Source of the DNA: Deltaproteobacteria bacterium
GTDB lineage: Bacteria > Desulfobacterota > JADFXK01
Reading direction: 5' to 3'
Length of the DNA: 45,331 nucleotides
NCBI GenBank assembly: GCA_015233625.1
Contig: JADFXK010000003.1
Span: forward strand, 1 to 45,331
Shown here: positions 9,071-16,100 of the stretch, piece after piece
Layout: every line of letters begins with the position of its first letter
Position numbering within the stretch: position 1 is the first letter of the stretch
Made by a program: the position numbers and the translations under genes
The notes under the pieces: generated by a model
What the model saw: only the letters and a program-made list of their open reading frames with translations
Told to the model about the DNA's origin: nothing
The model's database searches: none

Positions 9071-9754
9071 ATGAAGCCTTACGTCCCGCGGCAACTCTCC
9101 CTGCTGAACATTGATTGGGCTAATCACGTGTCGTTGATCGGTGAAGCCAACGCGGCCTTGGCCAGGTATGACGGTCTTCTATCAAGTATCGTCAACCCCG
9201 GCATCCTCCTATCTCCTTTAACGACTCAGGAAGCTGTGCTTTCTTCACGCATTGAGGGGACCCAGGCTACACTCGAAGAAGTCCTTGAATATGAAGCAGA
9301 TCCTACAGAAAAAATCGATCCCGGCAAACAGGCGGACATACAGGAGATTATCAATTATCGTCACGCCATGCGATATGCTGTTGAGCAGTTGAATCACAGA
9401 CCGCTCTGTTTAAACCTTCTACGTGAACTGCACGGGATTTTGTTGGACAGTGTTCGGGGCCGCAACAAGGCCCCGGGTGAGTTCCGTCGCATTCAGAATT
9501 ATATCGGGCCACCGGGTTGTTCCATCGAAGAAGCCACGTTTGTCCCACCGGCTGTTGATCAACTGGCCGCCGGCCTCGACGACTGGGAAAAATACGTCCA
9601 TTTTGACGAAAAAGATCGTCTGGTCCAACTTGCGGTAGTCAAAGCACAATTTGAACTGATTCATCCGTTCCTGGACGGCAACGGTAGGGTGGGGCGGATG
9701 CTCATTCCAATCTTTCTTTTTGAAAAGAAACTTCTTTCCAGTCCGATGTTCTAG
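9071..9754 (+). CDS. Fic-family protein, N-terminal part (Fic_N plus Fic core), ending at an in-frame TAG
   Basis: Canonical Fic motif HPFLDGNGRVGR. The ORF stops at TAG 9752-9754 and the next ORF starts at 9755 in the same frame. Confidence 0.8.
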   Translation: MKPYVPRQLSLLNIDWANHVSLIGEANAALARYDGLLSSIVNPGILLSPLTTQEAVLSSRIEGTQATLEEVLEYEADPTEKIDPGKQADIQEIINYRHAMRYAVEQLNHRPLCLNLLRELHGILLDSVRGRNKAPGEFRRIQNYIGPPGCSIEEATFVPPAVDQLAAGLDDWEKYVHFDEKDRLVQLAVVKAQFELIHPFLDGNGRVGRMLIPIFLFEKKLLSSPMF

Positions 9755-10189
9755 TTGAGCGCCTACCTTGAAGCCCATCGGGAAGTGTATTATGAACGGC
9801 TGCGTTCCATCTCCCATGATGACGACTGGAACGGCTGGATTCGGTTTTTCTTGAGCGCTCTAATTGAACAGGCACATGACAATACGGCCAAAGCGAAGGC
9901 CATTCTGGCGTTGTATGAACGGATGAAACGGGAGGTTCCGGAGATTACCCGTTCGCCATATGCTATCCAGGCGATAGATGCACTATTTGGCCTACCCGTC
10001 TTTACCAACTCCCACTTCATCGCCCGCTCAAATATCCCCAGCGCCACCGCCAAAAGGATCCTATCTGCACTTAAAGACAAGGGAATCATTCATGTTTTGT
10101 CTGGCGGGAGTGGACGGCGGGGGGCGACGATGGTTTTCCCCCAGCTTCTCGTGATAACTGAAGCGGATCCGTTTGAAGATCACTTATGA
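9755..10189 (+). CDS. Fic-family protein, C-terminal part (helical region and winged-helix), in-frame continuation
   Basis: LSAYLEAHREVYYERLRSI... is the conserved segment that directly follows the Fic core in full-length (~370 aa) homologues. 227 + 144 aa matches that size. Confidence 0.7.
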   Translation: MSAYLEAHREVYYERLRSISHDDDWNGWIRFFLSALIEQAHDNTAKAKAILALYERMKREVPEITRSPYAIQAIDALFGLPVFTNSHFIARSNIPSATAKRILSALKDKGIIHVLSGGSGRRGATMVFPQLLVITEADPFEDHL

Positions 10190-10213
10190 GCCACAACGAG
10201 CGTTGTGGCTCAT
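10186..10213 (+). terminator. Perfect 13-bp inverted repeat overlapping the Fic stop codon
   Basis: ATGAGCCACAACG-AG-CGTTGTGGCTCAT. There is no clear T-tract. A third partial copy, ATGAGCCACAA, sits at 10255-10265. Confidence 0.4.
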
Positions 10214-10412
10214 AAAATGGGAAAAGTGATCTACAAACTAGTTTATGGTGCATAGATGAGCCACAAAGATGCTCAGATGGACAGATAGTCTGGCCAGTAT
10301 TCTTTGGCCGCAAATGGGGTGGTGGGTCAACTCCCTGCATCCAACCCCGTCATCCTTCGGCCTGTCTTTCGGGCTGGTTCCACCCAAACCCACTTTGTCA
10401 CGGATCTGCACT

Positions 10413-11357
10413 ATGCCTAAAGAAGTAACTCACTGGTTGATTGCCCGACGATTGGCCCAGAAGTTGGATGGAACCGGCTACACCCCGGCATTGCTGCAGA
10501 ACCCCAACTGTCTCATGCTGGGGGCTGTTTTTCATGATGCCTTGTTTTACCTTCCGCCTTATGCTGCCATAGCCGATCATTGGCACGGTATTGACGGTGA
10601 AGATACTTTCGAGATGGTCCGGCGCCTCTCAGTCGCAGTTGATGAACCATCTTCTGACGGACCGTTCCGGGCATTTCTGGTCGGGGTGATTTCCCATATT
10701 TTCGCCGACATCACTTATCATCCCATGATCTTCCACCTGACGGGCCAATATCACGACGCTGACCGGCGAATGCGGTCTCGGGCCGTCCAGGCCCACCGGT
10801 TGTTCGAAACCAGGCTTGATCTCCTATATTGCGGGGGGCTCAAGCAGGTCAAGTCTTTTTCCCTGGGTGCCTATATCAGCGGCGCCGAGCTACCGTTTAA
10901 ATCTCTGATCCGCAAAGTCTGCCGCAAGCTGGCACCGGATGGGTTGGCCTACGCCATGTACTCAGCTTATCAGGTCTTTCGGCTGGCGCAGTTCATCGCT
11001 CAGCGCCAATACCTGGCCTCATGCCTCCATCAAGTGAAGGCCGGGCTACCTGACCTGGCCAGGGAGATCGCCTCGTTGATGTACGCCCCCCAACTGGCCG
11101 CCCCGGCCAATCAGCTTCCAGGCGAACTGGCCTATCGTCATCCAGTAACCGGGCAAGATGCCGTCGGCCACTTAGACGCCCTGCTGGACCTGGCCGCTAC
11201 CAGAGCTGCTGCTTTTTGTTGCCAGATTGAATCAGCCATCGTTTCGGGCCAACCGCTCGATCTCCCGGAGCCGGGACCGTCCATGTTGACGGGCCTGCTC
11301 GGGCGAAAGGTCAGCGAGATGAAATATTTCTCCCACGGCGAATACGCTGTCTTCTAA
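10413..11357 (+). CDS. Hypothetical protein, possibly zinc-dependent phospholipase C-like
   Basis: N-terminal MPKEVTHWLIARR and later ISHIFADITYHP resemble the His-rich pattern of PF00882-type proteins; this is from memory and unverified. Start chosen at the internal ATG; the ORF is open from 10269. Confidence 0.45.
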   Translation: MPKEVTHWLIARRLAQKLDGTGYTPALLQNPNCLMLGAVFHDALFYLPPYAAIADHWHGIDGEDTFEMVRRLSVAVDEPSSDGPFRAFLVGVISHIFADITYHPMIFHLTGQYHDADRRMRSRAVQAHRLFETRLDLLYCGGLKQVKSFSLGAYISGAELPFKSLIRKVCRKLAPDGLAYAMYSAYQVFRLAQFIAQRQYLASCLHQVKAGLPDLAREIASLMYAPQLAAPANQLPGELAYRHPVTGQDAVGHLDALLDLAATRAAAFCCQIESAIVSGQPLDLPEPGPSMLTGLLGRKVSEMKYFSHGEYAVF

Positions 11358-11505
11358 CCCGTGGTAGCCTGATTCGGTCTCATCTGGAGGATATCTCCAT
11401 TCAAGGGAGGCATCGTACCCGCCAATTGCAAATCGATATAGGTGGAATGCCTCCAGACCAGGCCGGGTTCAGTCTGTTACAATACCTGACATGGCCCAGG
11501 TCGAG

Positions 11506-11772
11506 TTATATCCCCTTCATCATTTGGTAGGCCCTCTCATACTCGCTCAGCATCTTTCGCCACTTCTGCAATTCCGCATGGTCATCGCGCCACTTCCGGA
11601 ACTCTCGTTTTTGTTTAGCCGGCCCATCCGGGGCTGGAGTCAACAAGAAGGCTTCCGTAGTCATCCCGTGTTTCTTCTCTCGGTCATCGAGCGCCTTGGT
11701 CAACTGCTTGACAACCCGGCGGCACAGGGATATCTCTCGGCCAATAGATATCTCATACTCGTCCGTATGCAT
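11506..11772 (-). CDS. Small (88 aa) charged, helical hypothetical protein
   Basis: Clean ORF with plausible helical/coiled-coil composition (EFRKWRDDHAELQKWRKMLSEYERAY). It is co-oriented with the two TIR genes. No family recognised. Confidence 0.45.
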   Translation of the reverse strand: MHTDEYEISIGREISLCRRVVKQLTKALDDREKKHGMTTEAFLLTPAPDGPAKQKREFRKWRDDHAELQKWRKMLSEYERAYQMMKGI

Positions 11773-12187
11773 GGCAATACTCTACTCCAAATGGGTGGGT
11801 GTTGAAGCTTCGCAATACGGATAGATTACCTTGCTACGTTTTGAATCGCAATTGAATTCTTAACATCGATCTTCGTTAACGCGTTATGACGCGGATTGAT
11901 CACGAGTCCGGCTGTGGGCGAGGCATTCCTTCCACCTATGGTTGGGGATTGATTAGAGAGTAAGCTGATCTGACTTGCCATACCTCTGTCAAGGGTTTTT
12001 GGCTTACGTGCTGGTCACTGGCGAATTGCCACGCTGCAATTGTGCTTACAGATAGCCCACAAAGCTTTCATCGTGCGATGGTGTGCCCGTTGGGACAATT
12101 TCCTATTACGCAAGTATGAAAAAAGCGGACCGTTATCATATATTGACCCTATTGCTGGTTTTGGTGTCGGAACTTAAATCAGGCATT

Positions 12188-12916
12188 TTATAGATCTATT
12201 AATGTGGCATGGACTTCAGAACTGATGCAGCGCTTGCCGGACTCTGACTTATGGGTATAGAATAACCTGGGCATCTGCCCTTGTGCGCCTAACAAATGAG
12301 ATAGAATAGAACATGCCAGCGTAGAATGGCGGGGTGGCACAATTCCAGCCCCCGCTTGCTTTATGTATGGCAGGGCTGCCTCTGCCATAGATTCTGCGAT
12401 CTTAGCCAGAGACGATGGATCATCAAGATCTGGACACGCAAAACCCACAAATTCACTATGGTCGAGAACGAGAATTCCTCTGACTTCGAATTCATTGTGC
12501 CCTGCCATATTGTAAACGCGCGGTATGTTTTTGCCGTCACCAAGATGATCCACAAGTCTATGTAATGCCAACCAATCCTTGGCTTTCTCTTTCATCTCTA
12601 AGCAATGAATCATATTGAGATAGGGTGGGATCACTATATCTTCAAGTACTATCGGGATGATATGGCGTTTGGCGGCAATAGCCATATCTATCTCGTCTTT
12701 GACCCAATCTGATTCAAGCGCTGCGGTTGTCAAAAGCACTAAGAAATAATCATAATCACTCAGCGCTTTTGAAAGTTCCTTTGGAAAGCGAGAACCTAAC
12801 TGAAGGCTGTGGTCATCTTTCCATACTTCATAGCCTGCACCCGTCAAACTGGTATACAGAAATTCCGCCACATCACTGGCGTCCTTGTGAGGATAAGATA
12901 TAAATACTCGGTTCAT
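12188..12916 (-). CDS. TIR-domain protein with an unassigned C-terminal module (paralogue 1)
   Basis: MNRVFISYPHKD..., YFLVLLT and SDWVKDEIDMA (Glu at the TIR catalytic position). AGGAGG lies 5 nt before the ATG. The C-terminal ~120 aa is conserved with paralogue 2. Confidence 0.8.
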   Translation of the reverse strand: MNRVFISYPHKDASDVAEFLYTSLTGAGYEVWKDDHSLQLGSRFPKELSKALSDYDYFLVLLTTAALESDWVKDEIDMAIAAKRHIIPIVLEDIVIPPYLNMIHCLEMKEKAKDWLALHRLVDHLGDGKNIPRVYNMAGHNEFEVRGILVLDHSEFVGFACPDLDDPSSLAKIAESMAEAALPYIKQAGAGIVPPRHSTLACSILSHLLGAQGQMPRLFYTHKSESGKRCISSEVHATLIDL

Positions 12917-12985
12917 AATAGCCTCCTAAAAGATGCCATGTGACAGTGGGTACTAAAGGATAATGAACAAATCTTCAGTATTTTA

Positions 12986-13011
12986 GTGCCAGAATCATAA
13001 CTGACTGTCAA
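12986..13011 (-). promoter_or_regulatory. Conserved TTGACA...CTGGCAC block upstream of TIR gene 1 (candidate promoter/operator)
   Basis: TTGACAgtcagttatgattCTGGCAC on the minus strand. The same 26-nt spacing occurs upstream of paralogue 2, while the intervening 5'UTR has diverged. Confidence 0.35.
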
Positions 13012-13489
13012 CAAGAAAACAGATTACTATGTATCTAAAACCATAACTTTAGAATGATTTTTATTTAATTTATGTATCGGCAAACAACCTGGTTGGGATA
13101 TGCCTCAGGCATCATTTATCAACCCATAAATATCATCCCTTAAAGAAACAAGGTCCATCTGCAACCGTGGCCATCAAAAAATGTGGGCATGGGCGGTGAA
13201 ATGCACCGCTATGATATGATTGGTAAGGTCATAAAGGTCGCTGATGGTTTCAAAGCCCCAGATCGAGTCCAGGGACGGTTAGATGATTTGGAGTACTGGA
13301 ATTATGTATGGGTAAGTTGCCGTTTGCCAACAGCATACCCGCTCAACGCCAACTTCAGCGGTGCACAACCACGCGGCAATTGAGCCTGCAAATAGCGCCA
13401 CAGAATTTTCACCGTGGGGTTAGTGCCCGCCGGGAGCATTTGCTATAAAATAAGGATGAAAAAGGAGATTTTTTTTTCATATATGGATC

Positions 13490-14248
13490 TTACTTTGGGT
13501 TTTGGCTCCGATACTCAAATCCGGCATCGCGCATATCTTGTAATGCGACATATACTTCAGAATTGATGCAGAAATTGTCTGGTCCTGGCTTGTGAGTGTA
13601 GAATAACCTGGGCATCTGACCTCGTGTGCCGAGCAAATGAGCTAGAATGGAACATGCTAATGCTGAATGTCCAGGTGGTACGATTCCAGCCCCTGCCCGC
13701 TCTATGTATGGTAGGGCTTTCTCTGCCATTGATTCTGCGATGTTAGCCATAGAAGATGGATCTTTTAGATCTGCAAGCACAAATTCACTATGGCCGAGAA
13801 TAAGAATTCCTTTGACTTCGAAATCCTTACGCCCCGACATGTTATAAACGCGCGGTATGTTTTTGCCGTCACCAAGATCATTCACAAGTTTATGTAATGC
13901 CTCCCAATCGTTAGTTCTTTCCTTCATCATTAAGCAGTGTCTCTTCTTGAGGTAGAGAGGGATCTCGATATCTTCGAGCACTATCGGGATTATGTTAAGC
14001 TCGGCTACAATAGCCATATCTATTTCATCTCTAACCCAATTTGATTCAAGCGCGGCAGTTGTCAAAAGCACTAAGAAATAATTGTGATCACCGAGTGCTT
14101 TTGAGAGTTCTGTTGGAAAGCTGGAACCTAAAGTAAGGCTGTGGTCATCTTTGAATACAGCGTAGCCGGCACCCATCAACCGGGTATACAGAAACTCCGC
14201 CACATCACTGGCATCCTTGTGGGAATACGACAGAAATACTCTGTTCAT
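13490..14248 (-). CDS. TIR-domain protein with an unassigned C-terminal module (paralogue 2)
   Basis: MNRVFLSYSHKD... and SNWVRDEIDMA. GGAGG precedes the ATG at 14248, which is homologous to the start of paralogue 1; the ORF is open to 14287. It has a 13-aa longer C-terminal tail. Confidence 0.8.
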   Translation of the reverse strand: MNRVFLSYSHKDASDVAEFLYTRLMGAGYAVFKDDHSLTLGSSFPTELSKALGDHNYFLVLLTTAALESNWVRDEIDMAIVAELNIIPIVLEDIEIPLYLKKRHCLMMKERTNDWEALHKLVNDLGDGKNIPRVYNMSGRKDFEVKGILILGHSEFVLADLKDPSSMANIAESMAEKALPYIERAGAGIVPPGHSALACSILAHLLGTRGQMPRLFYTHKPGPDNFCINSEVYVALQDMRDAGFEYRSQNPK

Positions 14249-14317
14249 AATGGCCTCCAAAAATCTGTCAAGTAACGGCAAATACACAAAGAGAAAGTCT
14301 CACTCTCAACTATATGT

Positions 14318-14343
14318 GTGCCAGAACAATGACTGATTGTCAA
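14318..14343 (-). promoter_or_regulatory. Conserved TTGACA...CTGGCAC block upstream of TIR gene 2
   Basis: TTGACAatcagtcattgttCTGGCAC on the minus strand, the counterpart of 12986-13011. Confidence 0.35.
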
Positions 14344-14755
14344 CAAGAAATTGGAATACTATGTAGCTAAAGCTATAACTATGGTATAATTTTTATTTAA
14401 TTTATGTATTGCCTAACATCATACCGGAACAGACATCACCGTGTCATCATTACTCCATAAGCAACACCCCACAAAGATCAATACCCCCATTAACCCGGGA
14501 CCATCAAAAAAGGTTGCCCTGTTAAGTGGCCATGTTAAGGTTGACATTGAATGTTGCTTGCGTTAAACTGAAAACATTGTGGAAATTAGTCGCGCTGAAA
14601 TTACCGAATGATTACCCAGCCGAACAACTAACTAGACGAACTCAGCAACCAAACACGGTCGAGTCTCCCGGTTGGTTGGAGGATATTCAATGGAAGATAT
14701 CCCGCCAGCTACCGGAGAATGGTGTCAACCCTATCATAATGGAACCTAATCACGC

Positions 14756-15598
14756 ATGATCCCCTTAGAAGAATTTACGGACGTGGCTACCGCCGCGTGC
14801 CGCCGGGCCGGGTTCTTCCTGGCCGAGAATTTTGGCCGGGTCACGGCTGAGATGATTCGCCGAAAAAAGCATATGGACTATGTCACGGAAATGGATTTAA
14901 CCGCCGAACGGATGATCATCGACACCATTACCGCCTCGTTTCCAACTCATAAAATAATGGCCGAAGAAACCCGTCGCGACACCGGAGAGGGATACCGCTG
15001 GATCATTGACCCCCTCGACGGCACGACCAATTACATTCATGGCTTCCCCAGGTATGCCGTGTCCATCGCTTTGGAAAAAGACGGCGAATTAATGGTCGGG
15101 ACGGTTTATGATCCGGAGCGGGACGAGTTGTTCGCTGCGGAAAAGGGCAGGGGCGCCACTCTTAACGGACGGCCCATCAGGGTCTCAGAAATAACCGACC
15201 CCACGCTGGCCCTGGTCGGCACCGGAATTCCCTTTCGGAACATCGAATTCCTGGATTCCTATCTCGATAGTTTGAGGGAAATAACCTTGGGTGTCAGTGG
15301 GGTCCGGAGACCGGGCGCGGCCGCGCTGGATCTGGCCGACGTGGCTTGTGGCCGGACGGATGGCTTCTGGGAGATCTGTTTGTGTCCCTGGGATGTAGCC
15401 GCGGGGTCATTGCTAATTACTGAGGGAGGCGGGAAGTGTTCCAGTATTAATGGTCAGAGCAACGGAGTTGAATCCGGCCACGTGGCTGCCGGGAACCCTA
15501 GTGTTTACGCCTTTATTCAGCCTATCGTCGACAAAACTTTGACTCCGGCCCTGGCCCGGCGTAGTCCTGACCTTCCGAAATCGAAATTTTGCCGTTGA
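14756..15598 (+). CDS. suhB: Inositol monophosphatase family protein
   Basis: Motifs MAEE and WIIDPLDGTTNYIHG, with a later WD(V)AAG region typical of the IMPase/SuhB family. Confidence 0.85.
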   Translation: MIPLEEFTDVATAACRRAGFFLAENFGRVTAEMIRRKKHMDYVTEMDLTAERMIIDTITASFPTHKIMAEETRRDTGEGYRWIIDPLDGTTNYIHGFPRYAVSIALEKDGELMVGTVYDPERDELFAAEKGRGATLNGRPIRVSEITDPTLALVGTGIPFRNIEFLDSYLDSLREITLGVSGVRRPGAAALDLADVACGRTDGFWEICLCPWDVAAGSLLITEGGGKCSSINGQSNGVESGHVAAGNPSVYAFIQPIVDKTLTPALARRSPDLPKSKFCR

Positions 15599-15710
15599 TC
15601 TGAATTAGGTTTAAGAACATAGGCGCACAGGCCACCAGGAAAAGTCGGGGCGACCTATGCGGTTGGCTGTCTTAGACTTCTTAGGCTGGTCCGGTGTAAC
15701 CCCGGCTTGT

Positions 15711-15869
15711 TTACCAGGCATTAGGCATGGGCATGTCGTCGTCCGGATTGGGGAACATGGGATCATGTAACGGCTGAGTGCGATCGTAGTTAATGTTATT
15801 GTCGGTAGTTTGGCAACCGGCGGCAAAAAGGAACGCCAGGATTAGCAAAATCCACAGAAATTTTTTCAT
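15711..15869 (-). CDS. Small (52 aa) lipoprotein, absent from the supplied ORF track
   Basis: Hand translation gives MKKFLWILLILAFLFAAGCQTTDNNINYDRTQPLHDPMFPNPDDDMPMPNAW. It has a lipobox (FAAGC) and a strong SD (GGGAGGA) 5 nt upstream. Confidence 0.5.
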   Translation of the reverse strand: MKKFLWILLILAFLFAAGCQTTDNNINYDRTQPLHDPMFPNPDDDMPMPNAW

Positions 15870-16100
15870 GACATCCTCCCAATTGACCATGTTATCGCTT
15901 CACTCCCGATGAGTCCGCAGCGTCGAAACAACACGCGCGACCCCCTCGGCCCGGCGCCGGTAGAACAATACCATTAGAGCTCCGGCCGGGGTGAGCTATA
16001 TATATAGTAACAGTGGTGCCCGCATAAGTCAAGATCAACCGCCGGAACTTGCTCAAAATGTCGGCCCGTGCTATCTTCTCCGCTCCATATTGAGGTCTAA

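Larger units (their letters stand above)
11900..13230. repeat. Unit A of a ~1.33-kb diverged tandem duplication (TIR gene 1 plus flanks)
   Basis: CDS, downstream and upstream non-coding blocks align with 13231-14560. Example: ccacgctgcaattgtgcttacagatagcccacaaagc versus ccacgcggcaattgagcctgcaaatagcgccacagaa. Boundaries are approximate. Confidence 0.7.
13231..14560. repeat. Unit B of the ~1.33-kb diverged tandem duplication (TIR gene 2 plus flanks)
   Basis: See unit A. It shares a perfect 21-mer, atttttatttaatttatgtat, at 13057-13077 and ~14389-14409. Confidence 0.7.

Noticed and set aside
7576-9754. The in-frame TAG codons in the htrA-type and Fic genes as evidence of pyrrolysine or amber reassignment.
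   Set aside because: TAG plainly terminates at least five well-defined genes in the window (alsD, the OMP at 30860, dnaA, fumC, proC). Neither interrupted gene belongs to a Pyl-using family. A nonsense mutation or base-call error is more parsimonious.
12986-12992. CTGGCAC upstream of both TIR genes as a sigma-54 -24 element.
   Set aside because: The expected -12 TTGC/GC element at the right spacing is absent in both copies (TACT and TAGT instead).
13183-13383. The 66-aa ORF between the TIR genes, and the 77-aa ORF at 14526-14759, as possible partner genes.
   Set aside because: They occupy equivalent places in the two duplication units but share no protein similarity. They have no SD and odd composition. 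They are probably non-coding.
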